A DNA stretch of 64,000 nt from Bacteriovoracia bacterium. GTDB taxonomy: Bacteria; Bdellovibrionota; UBA1018; JBFWNL01. Numbering within the stretch: the first letter of the stretch is position 1; each line of letters starts with the position of its first letter. Location: contig JBFWNL010000006.1 in the NCBI GenBank assembly GCA_050251055.1, positions 128,001-192,000 on the forward strand, read 5' to 3'. Of this stretch, positions 47,585 to 57,653 are shown piece by piece. The position numbers were made by a program, and so were the translations under genes. The notes beneath the pieces are model-generated. The model did not search any database, was not told the origin of the DNA, and saw nothing but the letters and a program-made list of their open reading frames with translations.

Positions 47585-49255
47585 ATGACTACCCAGGGCT
47601 TTCCTAGCGCAAACCGGCCGTCCTCAGACGGGGTAAAAGACGGGGTGAAACTCGCGATTTTGGTCGCTTTCCTGGCGGCCGTAGCCATGCGCATCGGCGG
47701 TCCCGCCATCGCGGACGAAGTCGATTTCCTGCTCCCGATTCAAGCGTGGGTTCAAGGCGGGCCGCAGCCGGCCGGGCTTTGGCATACGCCGTTCTATCCT
47801 TGGTTTCTCTCCCTCTTGGGAAAAGTATTCGGTCTGACTCCCGCCGTGGCGCGAAGCATTGGCGTGGTTTGCATGCTGGCGACGGCGGTCTTGATCTACC
47901 GCACGGCGTGCTTGCTTTGGCCGCGTTTGGATACCGAGTCGGACGCGTGGATCTCGCGCGCGGTTTGGGCGGCGGCCCTTGGCCAGCCCTTGCTCTACGC
48001 TTCCGCGCTATTGCTCGATTACGACAACACCCTGATGACGCTCGCGACGGCGTATTATTTCTACTTGCTGGTGAAATATGCGCTCGAGCCCGCACGGTCT
48101 TCGTGGAAGATGATCGCGCACCTGGGGATCGCGATGGGATTTTGCCTGATGGGCAAGGAGACGACCCCGTGGTGCTACCCCATCGGCGCGCTCGTTTTGT
48201 TCGGGCAGCTGGCGATTCGTCGCGGTGCTTCGAACGCACAAGCGGCTTTGCGCGCGGCCGGACAGTCGATCGCGGTAGCGTGCTTGGGCGCCGCGGTTTT
48301 TTTCGGCGCGATCGGGATCTGGTGTGCATCGTTTGGTATTTCGCCATTTAAAGTATTCGAGATGGCGGTGCTAGGCCTGAAGGTACATGGAGGGACATCG
48401 CTGCTCGAATCGCGCGGCGTCGCCACGTTCGTCTGGGTAAAGGTATTCCCGTTGTTTTGGTTAGGGTTGCCGGTGCTGGGTTTGTTGATAAGCGGAGGTC
48501 GTAAGCTCGGGAAGACCACGGCGCTATATCCGGTTTTCGCGGTGATGGCCGTCGTCTTCTTCACTTATACGTTTTTGATCAACCAGATGACGTATCAGTT
48601 TCCGAAGTACATGCTTTCGATGCTCGTGTGGCTTGCCCCCTTGGGGGTAGCGACCGTGGATGCACCCACTTGGTCTCGGATGCAAAATCGCGTTTGGCTC
48701 GGCCTGTCCGCCACCTTGGGGTTATTCGGACCTTGGGTGATGGCGCCGCTTTATTATCGGATGCCGATCAGTTTCCTGGCGCCCGCGCAGCCTGTGGCTT
48801 TCGTGCTGGCCGTGACGTGGTTTCTGCGGAAACGTTTCCCAGACGCGTGGCGAATGGCTTGGGTGCTGGCGAGCCTGGCGTTCGCGGTTTCCTACTTTCA
48901 TGCCTTGATCCCGGGCAACCGTTCGCCCGCCTATTGGCCGGGAGAGCAGGCGATGGCGGAGGCCCACCAGGCCCTAGCGCCCTACTTGACGGGAGAGTAC
49001 GCGCTTTTTTCTCCCATCAAGGATCTGGCTTACGAGTTTCGTTCGGCGGGCATGACCCACCTTAAGTTATCCGAGCTGCCAGAGATGATGGCCGAGCGTT
49101 GCGCGTCGGGTGCGCCCGCGGTGGTGGTGAGCCGAATCCGGGAAGCCGAGACCGTGCTCGCGGCGGAAGAATCCATTTCGCTGGCCCTCAAGGATCGACC
49201 CTGCCGCTTCACGACGAATCGGGGTCAAGATATCGTGATCGGCGTACTTCGTTAA
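47585..49255 (+). CDS. ArnT/PMT-like GT-C glycosyltransferase
   Basis: ADE after TM1, WHTPFYPWFL, MGKET and many TM helices. Confidence 0.7.
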   Translation: MTTQGFPSANRPSSDGVKDGVKLAILVAFLAAVAMRIGGPAIADEVDFLLPIQAWVQGGPQPAGLWHTPFYPWFLSLLGKVFGLTPAVARSIGVVCMLATAVLIYRTACLLWPRLDTESDAWISRAVWAAALGQPLLYASALLLDYDNTLMTLATAYYFYLLVKYALEPARSSWKMIAHLGIAMGFCLMGKETTPWCYPIGALVLFGQLAIRRGASNAQAALRAAGQSIAVACLGAAVFFGAIGIWCASFGISPFKVFEMAVLGLKVHGGTSLLESRGVATFVWVKVFPLFWLGLPVLGLLISGGRKLGKTTALYPVFAVMAVVFFTYTFLINQMTYQFPKYMLSMLVWLAPLGVATVDAPTWSRMQNRVWLGLSATLGLFGPWVMAPLYYRMPISFLAPAQPVAFVLAVTWFLRKRFPDAWRMAWVLASLAFAVSYFHALIPGNRSPAYWPGEQAMAEAHQALAPYLTGEYALFSPIKDLAYEFRSAGMTHLKLSELPEMMAERCASGAPAVVVSRIREAETVLAAEESISLALKDRPCRFTTNRGQDIVIGVLR

Positions 49256-49258
49256 AAA

Positions 49259-50371
49259 TTATCTCAACGCTCTTAAGATCTTTTGGGCGGAGTTACCGTC
49301 ACCGTAGGGGTTGGGCGCATTCACGCGGCAACCTTGAGTAAGCGCCTTCTCGGTTTCGGCGCGGATGCGCGCGGGATCGGTGCCGACGAGGACGGCGAAT
49401 CCCGCTTGCACGCCTTCGGGCCGTTCGGTTTGCTCGCGCATGACCACGATCGGCTTGCGCAAGGTGGGGCCTTCTTCCTGGATGCCCCCCGAGTCGGTCA
49501 ATAGTACTTTCGCCAAGTCCATCAACTCCACGAAGGCCACATAAGGCAAGGGCTCGATCAGGCGTATCCTCGCGTGTCCGCCGAGTTTCTGGGTTACGAT
49601 TTCCTTCACGTTCGGGTTCGGGTGCACCGGATAGATGATGCGGACATTCTGGGCTGAGTTAGCAATATCCAGGAGGCCTCGGCAGATATCCGCGAAGCCC
49701 TCACCGAAGCTTTCGCGCCGATGCGCCGTGACGAGCACGAGATCGCCCGCCCGCGCGAACTCGCGTACGTCGGCGGGCAGTCCCCACTTCGCGACGACCG
49801 CGGGATCGGTCAGGCGCTCGCGCGTCCAGAGCAGGGAGTCGATCGCGGGATTGCCCACGTTAAAAATCGTCTTTTCGGCGACGCCTTCGCGGCGCAGGTT
49901 TTCTGCCGCGATCGCCGTGGGCGCGAAGTGCACGCTCGCGATGCGGCCGATGAGCTGGCGGTTCATTTCCTCCGGAAACGGCGCGGAAAGGTCGTAGGTA
50001 CGCAGGCCCGCTTCGACGTGGGCTATCTTCACTCCGCGCCCCCGGTGCAATGCCGCCCAGTAGGCGCCGATCCAGGCGCTGGTCGTGTCCCCTTGGACGA
50101 TCATCCAATCGGAGGGCAGTAACCGGTCCGCGTGGCGCTCGAGCTGATGAAGCGTCTCCGCGCTGAACTGCGGTAGCGATTGATTAGGCCGCGCGACTGC
50201 GAGGTCGACGTCGATCGGGAAATCAAAGAACTCCGTGAGTGGGCGAACGAGATGTTCGTGCTGGCCCGTGAAGACGACTTGGGTGGAGACGCCGGCGGCC
50301 CGGGCTTCGCGGATGACCGGCGCGAGTTTGATCGCTTCGGGTCGCGTTCCCAGTAAAACCGTCAGCTTCAT
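49259..50371 (-). CDS. wecB: UDP-N-acetylglucosamine 2-epimerase (non-hydrolysing)
   Basis: GTRPEAIK, QGDTT, HVEAGLRT, PFPEEMNR, TDSGGIQEE, TERPEG and NPYGDG motifs. Confidence 0.95.
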   Translation of the reverse strand: MKLTVLLGTRPEAIKLAPVIREARAAGVSTQVVFTGQHEHLVRPLTEFFDFPIDVDLAVARPNQSLPQFSAETLHQLERHADRLLPSDWMIVQGDTTSAWIGAYWAALHRGRGVKIAHVEAGLRTYDLSAPFPEEMNRQLIGRIASVHFAPTAIAAENLRREGVAEKTIFNVGNPAIDSLLWTRERLTDPAVVAKWGLPADVREFARAGDLVLVTAHRRESFGEGFADICRGLLDIANSAQNVRIIYPVHPNPNVKEIVTQKLGGHARIRLIEPLPYVAFVELMDLAKVLLTDSGGIQEEGPTLRKPIVVMREQTERPEGVQAGFAVLVGTDPARIRAETEKALTQGCRVNAPNPYGDGNSAQKILRALR

Positions 50372-50372
50372 C

Positions 50373-51890
50373 TTAGAAATAGCTCTTGATCTTGGGCCGG
50401 AAATAGTGCGTCGGCGAGTAATGCAGAAGGTTCGAGACCTTCGACGTGTAAATGCACGCGAAGCGCTCGACGGTCATGCCGAACTGGCTCTGATCGTTGC
50501 CGGCCCACAGCAGCTCTCCCCAGTGCGGGTTGAAATGCGAATTGTACGCCTCGATGTGCCCACCCAGCTTTTCGTCGAGCGCGACGATCTGCTGGCGGTA
50601 TTTCCCCTGTAGTTCTTTCAGGTCGGACTTCGAGAGGGAGTCGATATCCACGATCGAATAGGTGATGCCGTTGAGTTTCTTCACCACCTGATCCAGCTGG
50701 AGCTCGAGCTCTTCTTTTTCTTTCATTAACTCGCGAATACTAGATAGATTTTTGTAACCCTGCATGGCGGCGCGGAGCTCGCCCTCGAGCTCGGAGATGA
50801 CGAGCATCGTGCGCCACTGGCGGATCTTCTTCGACTGGTGCACGTCGCTGTAGACGTGATCGCCGACGAATAGGATCTCTCCCGGGCTGACGTTGAAGAG
50901 CGTTTCCACGCCTTGGGAGTTTCCACCCTGGTAGATCTTCCCGGTTTGGATTCCGCCCGAGACGTTCTTCAGGAAGCCGGTGGTAGGGTCCACCTCGAAA
51001 TAGGAATTCGGACTGATAAAGAATGAAGGTTTGGAGGAGGAAACGATGATGACCTCGAAAAGATCGCGCCAGGTCTGCCCCTTTTCCAGGAAGCGATCGT
51101 AACAGAAGCTCATCATGGCGTCGCAGAATTTCCATTCGGAATTCGTGATCAGCACGAGCTTCTTGCCGAAGTGCTTCAACTGCTTCAAGGTCTCCGCGTA
51201 CAGGGGGTCCGGCACGACGAACTCGCTGGGGTTCGCCATCATCTTGTCTTTCAGCCAGCCGTTGCGGTGGATCAGGTCGACGGCGTTCGTGCAGTCGACG
51301 AAAAGATCCTCATAGGTTTCCTTGTTCTCGGGCCCGTGGAAACGGTCAACCATCTGGCAGTAAAGCGAGCAAACCGCGAGCGAGAACATGGTGTGGACCA
51401 TTTCGTAGCGGGGGTTGCTGAAGGTGACGATCTCGTTGCCGTAGACCTTCTTTTGCTCTTCCAAAGTTAAGAAGTGGTCTCCATGCAGGGCGGCTTTGAT
51501 GTAGCCGAAGCGGTTGATCTTGATGAGGTTGCCGAGCTTTTTATCGATAACCAGTCCGCGGATGATGCGCTCGCCCGAGAACTTGAGTTTCCGGATTTCT
51601 TGCGGGTAGTTCAAATGGTCGACGAGGTAGTCGATGGCGCCTTGGAAGGCGAGCTCCTCGACGTGCGTCTCGTTGTACATTACGAGCGTGTAATCCTGGT
51701 CGAAGCCGATGACTTTCACGCTGTTGAGATTCAGGGTGCGGTTCACGAACACGCGTTCGTTGAGCTGCAGATGGTAATCGGCGATCGGGATTTTCTTGGC
51801 GGTGGCGGTCGCGCGCGTAGGGGCCTTCGCCGATTTCAGGGCTGGTTTCGGCGCGGTTTTCCCGCCGTTCTTATCTAGATTAGTTTTCAT
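50373..51890 (-). CDS. HAD-superfamily cytosolic 5'-nucleotidase (cN-II type)
   Basis: VFVNRTL, GFDQDYTL, LITNS, KPSFF and VGDHVYSD motifs. Confidence 0.88.
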   Translation of the reverse strand: MKTNLDKNGGKTAPKPALKSAKAPTRATATAKKIPIADYHLQLNERVFVNRTLNLNSVKVIGFDQDYTLVMYNETHVEELAFQGAIDYLVDHLNYPQEIRKLKFSGERIIRGLVIDKKLGNLIKINRFGYIKAALHGDHFLTLEEQKKVYGNEIVTFSNPRYEMVHTMFSLAVCSLYCQMVDRFHGPENKETYEDLFVDCTNAVDLIHRNGWLKDKMMANPSEFVVPDPLYAETLKQLKHFGKKLVLITNSEWKFCDAMMSFCYDRFLEKGQTWRDLFEVIIVSSSKPSFFISPNSYFEVDPTTGFLKNVSGGIQTGKIYQGGNSQGVETLFNVSPGEILFVGDHVYSDVHQSKKIRQWRTMLVISELEGELRAAMQGYKNLSSIRELMKEKEELELQLDQVVKKLNGITYSIVDIDSLSKSDLKELQGKYRQQIVALDEKLGGHIEAYNSHFNPHWGELLWAGNDQSQFGMTVERFACIYTSKVSNLLHYSPTHYFRPKIKSYF

Positions 51891-51913
51891 GTAGGATGTT
51901 AGTTTTACGTGGT

Positions 51914-52795
51914 TTACTCGAACAAAGTCAATTGACTTGGGTGGCCGATTTGGCGTTCCACCCGATCCACGAACACTTCCTGGCGGATGATGGGATCGGA
52001 ATGCGAGGTGAAGACGAAGAACGAGTTTTGCTCGTAGCGGCGCTTCAATTCTTTCATGGCTTCCAGAATGAGTTCAATGTTGTGGGGATCGTCATCCGAC
52101 ATCCCGAAGCGGTGGTGGGGATTGTCCCCGTAAATGCGCATCGCGGCTTCGACCGATTGGATGATGGCGGCTTGCTTGAGCTTCGCCGTGCTCCAGTCTC
52201 CCACGTGGTCGCCCAGCTCCTTGCGAATTTCAGGATTGCTCACGGGGAAAACGCTCATGTAATTAGGCGTATGGGTGAGGTGGCCCTCGGCGCGGAGAAG
52301 CTCGATGCCTCCCTTCAGGGTATCGGGCCCGTGGCCGCGTGCCGTGATGAGAGCCATGGGACGCTGGTTGAAAACGGCGTGGTGGAAGAAAGTCCACGAC
52401 GGGCCTTTCCAGGTGAAATCGGGTTGGCGGATGGCTTCGCGGATGTCGTCGTAAAACGGTTGGTTTGCGCCAGGGAAGTCGCGAAAGCGGCGAAAGCTAC
52501 CGCGATCCTGATCGAGCCAGACTTTATAGCGAGCGAATTTTCCCTGCTTGCCGATGTTCTTGTTGTGAATGGCGAAGTCGCGGGTGGAAAGCGCCACTTC
52601 TTCGCCGGTCTCTTGGTGGAAGATATAGATGGGCGTGGAGAGGAAGAATACGTTGTCGTCGAGATCGAAAAAATAGAAGCTGCGCCCGCCCTTGGCGAAG
52701 TTTCGATCAGGTTCAGGTACCCGACCAAAGCCCAGGTCGAGCTGGGAGGTAGTAGGTGGCACGGTCGCAGTCATGGCCGCAGCACTATGCGTCAA
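51914..52795 (-). CDS. HAD-like hypothetical phosphatase
   Basis: FFDLDDN motif I, ITARGH motif II and GMSDDD motif IV. Confidence 0.65.
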   Translation of the reverse strand: MTHSAAAMTATVPPTTSQLDLGFGRVPEPDRNFAKGGRSFYFFDLDDNVFFLSTPIYIFHQETGEEVALSTRDFAIHNKNIGKQGKFARYKVWLDQDRGSFRRFRDFPGANQPFYDDIREAIRQPDFTWKGPSWTFFHHAVFNQRPMALITARGHGPDTLKGGIELLRAEGHLTHTPNYMSVFPVSNPEIRKELGDHVGDWSTAKLKQAAIIQSVEAAMRIYGDNPHHRFGMSDDDPHNIELILEAMKELKRRYEQNSFFVFTSHSDPIIRQEVFVDRVERQIGHPSQLTLFE

Positions 52796-52907
52796 AATGA
52801 GCTAAAAATCAAGAGTTTCAATAGGTTAAATAAATCCAAATAAAAACAGAAACCTAAACCCGCTGCTCAGCTTTCTTGATATAACTTCCGGCGTCGAAAG
52901 AAAGAAA

Positions 52908-55043
52908 ATGCGCTCCGAGTACCTCATACCCACTCTGAGCACGCTGTTGAAGACGCCGGGTCAGCCGATCATCCATCGGGACCTGTCCTGGCTCCAGTTC
53001 AACGAGCGCGTGCTCGCCGAAGCCCGGACCTCGGCCAACCCGTTGTTGGAGCGGCTGAAGTTCCTCGCCATTACGGCCTCCAATCTCGACGAGTTCTTCA
53101 TGATCCGCTACGCATCGCTGAGCCAGGAGATCTCGGTGCAGCTCAAACGCAATCGCTCCGGCGCTCGTCACCTTTTTCGGGTGCGAAACTCCATTCTGGA
53201 CACGGTAGCGAGCTTTACCGCTAAGCAGTCCGAAACCTTCGATTTGATCGCGGCCGAGCTCGCGAAATCGGGTATCCAGCTCATCCTGAAGCCGTCGCCG
53301 GGCGACCCGGCTTTCGTGCTGGGAAAGAAGGTCTTCGATCAGCACGTCCTGCCTAATCTGTCGCCGCCCGAAACTTTCGCGCCGCCGCTGCTCTCCACGG
53401 TGGAAAACCTTCAGTTCGTGGCGGTTTTCCGTAACGGCGTCTGGTTTCGGATTCCCAAATCCCTGCCAAACGTTTTCATGGAGGTGTCGGAAGCGACGAA
53501 CGAGATCTTTGTGTTCTTCCTGGATGACCTGCTGTCGTCGCACATGTCGGCCGCGTTTCGCTTGAACGACGCGCCCGGATTCCTGCGCATCACCCGAGAC
53601 GGAGATTTGGCGATCGATCTGGGGGAAGAAGATTCCGAGTCGATTCCGAATATCGTGCGCAAATCGATCGGATCGCGTGAGCGTGGCAAGATCGTACGCA
53701 TTCAATACGCGGGCGAGATGACGAACGACCTGCTCAATCAAACGATCAACAAGCTTAAGATCGCCCCGCGCCAGATGATTTTTGCGCCCACGACCCTGAT
53801 GCTGCAAGGCCTGTGGACGGTGATCAAGCGGATGCCCGAGAAGTTCACCCAGCAGCCGGGGTTGAGCCTGCCCGTGTTTAAACCCCGCGTTCCGCAGGTT
53901 CTGCAGAACGGTAAGACCATCTTCGACGAGTTAAAGCAGCACGATGTGTTGCTGCATCACCCTTACGATTCATTCGACGCCTACGTCGCGTTCATCGAGC
54001 TTGCCTGCCGTGATTCGCACGTGACTTCCATTCGTCAGACCGTTTACCGCATGGACGCGCTTTCTCCGATCATTAAGTCACTCAAAAAAGCGGCCAAGCA
54101 AAAGAAGATCCACATCGTCATCGAGCTGCGTGCTCGTTTCGACGAGCTCAATAACCTGAAGCTGGCCGAAGAGCTGCGCCAGGCCGGCATCGAGGTGAGC
54201 TTTGGGTTCGGGAAGTTGAAGCTGCACGCCAAGGTCGCGCTGATTACGCGCACGGAGAACGGCGTGGAAAAGAAGTACACCCACCTTTCGACTGGAAACT
54301 ACAACGCCGCCACTGCGCGCGAGTACGAAGATCTGGCGATTTTGACCGCTAACGAAGATTTAGGTGAGGACGCGAGGCAGTTTTTCGAAGCCGTGATCAA
54401 TGAGACGATCCCTTCCAGCTTCAAACAACTGGTACCGGCGCCGCTGCAGCTGCATAAAAAGCTGGTGGCGCTCATCAAGCAAGAGACCGCCGCCGCCAAA
54501 CGCAAGGAAGTGGCCCGCATCGTGGCTAAGGTCAACGCGCTCGTGGATGAGGCAATTATTCAGGAGTTGTACCTGGCCTCGCAGGCGGGCGTCGAGGTCG
54601 ACCTGATCGTCCGCGGTGCTTGCTCGCTCATTCCGGGCGTTAAAAACTTAAGTGAAAATATCCGCGTCTATAGCGTGGTGGATCGTTTCCTGGAGCATAG
54701 TCGGATTTATTATTTCGAGAATTCCAAACAGATGTTTCTTTCAAGCGCCGACTGGATGCCGAGGAACTTTTTCTCGCGCATGGAGCTGGCGTTTCCGGTG
54801 CTAGATAAAGCGATCTATCAGTTCGTCGAGGAAGTGATCATTCCGGCCTATCTGCTCGACACATTGAAGGCAAGGGAGCTTACTCCCCAAGGCACCTGGA
54901 AAAAACGCACGTTGCGTTCGATCCGGGCCACCACCCGAAAGAAGGCTTCCCCGATTTTGCGGGATAAGTCCGTGCGCGCGCAGTTCCTTTTCCAGGATTT
55001 GGGCGCCAGCGATTACAAAGATACGTCGCTTTGGCGGACTTGA
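52908..55043 (+). CDS. ppk1: Polyphosphate kinase 1
   Basis: RDLSWLQFNERVL, SNLDEFFMIR, HHPYDSF, ELRARFDE, KLHAK, STGNYN and FLEHSR motifs. Confidence 0.96.
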   Translation: MRSEYLIPTLSTLLKTPGQPIIHRDLSWLQFNERVLAEARTSANPLLERLKFLAITASNLDEFFMIRYASLSQEISVQLKRNRSGARHLFRVRNSILDTVASFTAKQSETFDLIAAELAKSGIQLILKPSPGDPAFVLGKKVFDQHVLPNLSPPETFAPPLLSTVENLQFVAVFRNGVWFRIPKSLPNVFMEVSEATNEIFVFFLDDLLSSHMSAAFRLNDAPGFLRITRDGDLAIDLGEEDSESIPNIVRKSIGSRERGKIVRIQYAGEMTNDLLNQTINKLKIAPRQMIFAPTTLMLQGLWTVIKRMPEKFTQQPGLSLPVFKPRVPQVLQNGKTIFDELKQHDVLLHHPYDSFDAYVAFIELACRDSHVTSIRQTVYRMDALSPIIKSLKKAAKQKKIHIVIELRARFDELNNLKLAEELRQAGIEVSFGFGKLKLHAKVALITRTENGVEKKYTHLSTGNYNAATAREYEDLAILTANEDLGEDARQFFEAVINETIPSSFKQLVPAPLQLHKKLVALIKQETAAAKRKEVARIVAKVNALVDEAIIQELYLASQAGVEVDLIVRGACSLIPGVKNLSENIRVYSVVDRFLEHSRIYYFENSKQMFLSSADWMPRNFFSRMELAFPVLDKAIYQFVEEVIIPAYLLDTLKARELTPQGTWKKRTLRSIRATTRKKASPILRDKSVRAQFLFQDLGASDYKDTSLWRT

Positions 55044-55046
55044 GGC

Positions 55047-56570
55047 CTACTCGGAGACCCGCGCCACCGAGACTTCTTTTCGGAACACCTTTTCAAAGAT
55101 CGACCTCTTTTGCTCTACGCGTAGAATTTCCAGATTCACCGCGGTCTTCCCCGAAACGAAAATAACGATCTTTCCCCGCTCGAACTTGATGCGCTTGATG
55201 GTAACGAGTGACTGGTGATTGCGATCGAGGGCGTCGGCCAGCTGAAAGATCGCCAGGATCTTGAGAAAGGCGTTTCGGCGCGCGGGGTGGGAGCGAAACG
55301 GAACGTCGGCCGAGTCGATTTTTTCGGCGTTGTGATAAAGGCAAAGCGTCGCGATGAACTCACGCTCCCAGGTTTCCATTACCGGGAGGTCGGCGTTCAT
55401 CACCGTGTAGTAGGAATGTGCTTCGTGAAAAGACGGGTTAATGGCGTCGCCAACGTCGTGCAGATACGCCGCCGCCGTGAGGTAGGCGCGCCATTCGGGA
55501 CGCAGTCCGTGCACCTTCTGTAGTTTCTTGAAGAGTCCTTCGGCGAGCGCGGCGACCTGCCGCATGTGGCCGGGCCGGGAGCCCAGTCGAGTGGCGATCC
55601 GGAAGAGGTCTTCCAGATGGAAGGCGAGCTGCGTGACTTTTTTCTGTTGTACGACCCGGGTTTCCTCGTCGAGGATGCCGTCGCGCAAGGCATAGGTGGT
55701 GGTGCGCGCGGACTTCGCGCCCAGGTAATCCATGACTTCGTCGAGTAATACGGCTCCCGCCAGAATCATGTCCACGCGCTTGGCCTCCATGCCGGGAATT
55801 CCCAGGAGCTGACTCGTGGTGAGCGTGCTCATGTGGCGGGTGAGGTGTCCCAGCGCTTTTGCCGTGAGATCGGACTTGGATTTGGTTGATTTTTGGAGAA
55901 TCTTGGTCAGGGCGCGGATGGTCCCGGAGGATCCGACTACCTTGCGCGCGTCACGCTTGAGCTTGTTCTTCAGTACGGCGTCGAGCTCGTCCCAGATGTA
56001 CTGGCGAAGCTGGCTGACGGGATGAGGATCGGTCGACTTGCTTCGCCGGGGCGGACTGCTCTTGAGAAAAATCTGCTGCAGGCGGGCCGTGCCCAGGTCG
56101 AAACTGTGCGCGAAGAGCACCTTGCTGCCTTCGCAGATGCTGATTTCGGTGCTCCCGCCGCCGATATCCACCAAGGCGAAGCGTCCCTTTAACTTGGTCT
56201 CGTTGGCCAAGATTCCGCGCGCGATGAGGCGCGCTTCTTCGTGTCCGGATATCACGCGCACGTCGATGCCGGTGGCCTGGCGGATTCGAGAAAGCAGCAC
56301 CTCGCCGTCGGCGGCTTCGCGCAGCGCGCTCGTCGCGAACGCCGTAATGCGGTCCGTGCCGATTTGGCTAGCCGTGCGCTTAAAGCTCGTGAAGGCGTGC
56401 AGCGTGCGGGCGATGGCGTTCTTGTCGAGGCGGCCGTCGGTGAAAAGGCCTTGCCCCAGACGCACCATCAGTTTTTCCCGATGCAGGCGCTTCACCTGCT
56501 TGCCGGGACCGATCTGATGGATGTCGAAGCGCACCGAGTTGGTGCCGAGGTCGATGATGCCGAGACGCAT
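55047..56570 (-). CDS. ppx: Exopolyphosphatase Ppx/GppA with HD domain
   Basis: IDLGTNS, ATSALRE, ISGHEEA, DIGGGSTE, LRDG and LHDVG motifs. Confidence 0.92.
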   Translation of the reverse strand: MRLGIIDLGTNSVRFDIHQIGPGKQVKRLHREKLMVRLGQGLFTDGRLDKNAIARTLHAFTSFKRTASQIGTDRITAFATSALREAADGEVLLSRIRQATGIDVRVISGHEEARLIARGILANETKLKGRFALVDIGGGSTEISICEGSKVLFAHSFDLGTARLQQIFLKSSPPRRSKSTDPHPVSQLRQYIWDELDAVLKNKLKRDARKVVGSSGTIRALTKILQKSTKSKSDLTAKALGHLTRHMSTLTTSQLLGIPGMEAKRVDMILAGAVLLDEVMDYLGAKSARTTTYALRDGILDEETRVVQQKKVTQLAFHLEDLFRIATRLGSRPGHMRQVAALAEGLFKKLQKVHGLRPEWRAYLTAAAYLHDVGDAINPSFHEAHSYYTVMNADLPVMETWEREFIATLCLYHNAEKIDSADVPFRSHPARRNAFLKILAIFQLADALDRNHQSLVTIKRIKFERGKIVIFVSGKTAVNLEILRVEQKRSIFEKVFRKEVSVARVSE

Positions 56571-56618
56571 GCCGGTATCGTAGATGACCGGCTGGGCAAA
56601 GTCTACTAGGGCGTATCG

Positions 56619-57653
56619 TTACACCGCCAAGTCTTCGAGCCCGGGCGGGATCGCTTCGGGCTCCCGTCCGCGGCGGTCTTGATCGTCGGCTTCGGAGTCG
56701 CGCTTGGCGTGAAGTAGCCACACGGGGCAGGGCGCCTGGCGTAGCACTTGTCGACAGACGCTGCCCAGCAGGACGCTGGCTAAGAGCTCGCTTTCGGAGG
56801 CCATCGCCACTAGGTCGAATTTTTCCCGCTTGATCAGTCCCAGGATGGCGTCGCCGATCGTAAGCCTGGATTCTTCCACGCGGATTTCGCAGTTCACGTC
56901 GCTAGCGCGGGCCATTACCGCCCATTCGGCCGCGGTTTGGCGCGCGCGTTCGAGCTCTTGCTCATGGTAAAGGCGCGCCGTCGCCCAGGTGCCGCCGATC
57001 ATTTCAATGCTGGTCGACAGCAAGGGTTCCACGAAGGGGTTAATGCGGTAGTAAAGCGTGAGATCAGCCCGGAGGTCTTTGGCCATCGCCACCGCCCGCA
57101 GGAAGACCGGCAGCGCCGAGGCGTTGAGGTTCGAGGGGAAGAGCACCTTGCCTAACTTTCGCGGGGCATGGGTGTTCGGATTGATGGAAAAAACTGGAAT
57201 TTTGGTTGAAAGCAGTAGGGTCTCGGAGAAGCTTCCCATGATCGCCCGCGATATGCCCTTACGGCCGTGAGTGCTAACGACGATCATCTCCGCTCCGGCT
57301 TCCTCGGCATGGTTCACAAGGGTCTTCACGCACGCCTTCGTATTGGTCTCCCGCTGGAGCAGCACCTTCGAGGGCACCAGGTTGGGAAGGCGCAGGCGTT
57401 TCACCGTCCCGTCCACCACGCGTACGGCGGTCGAGCGGTATAGATCCAAGTAATCCTCCATGCGATCCGCGTACAGGTTCAGCTCGTCGGGGCTGAGGAC
57501 GTACACCGGCTCGATCGGCGCGCCCGTGTGCTCCGTGAGTCGGCGCAAGGTCTGGCCCGCGTGCCGGATCAGGGAGCGATCCTCGATGAACGGATCGAGG
57601 GCCCAGACGATGGGTTTCAAGGTACCGTCAACCGCTTGCTTGTGAGTCGCCAT
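56619..57653 (-). CDS. Tandem universal stress protein
   Basis: Start MATHKQ at 57653; IVVSTHGRKG..MGSFSE and LLGSVCRQVLRQAPCPV motifs. Confidence 0.85.
   Translation of the reverse strand: MATHKQAVDGTLKPIVWALDPFIEDRSLIRHAGQTLRRLTEHTGAPIEPVYVLSPDELNLYADRMEDYLDLYRSTAVRVVDGTVKRLRLPNLVPSKVLLQRETNTKACVKTLVNHAEEAGAEMIVVSTHGRKGISRAIMGSFSETLLLSTKIPVFSINPNTHAPRKLGKVLFPSNLNASALPVFLRAVAMAKDLRADLTLYYRINPFVEPLLSTSIEMIGGTWATARLYHEQELERARQTAAEWAVMARASDVNCEIRVEESRLTIGDAILGLIKREKFDLVAMASESELLASVLLGSVCRQVLRQAPCPVWLLHAKRDSEADDQDRRGREPEAIPPGLEDLAV

Noticed and set aside
51896-53807. 315-aa plus-strand and 317-aa minus-strand ORFs
   Set aside because: Antisense to the HAD-like gene and ppk1
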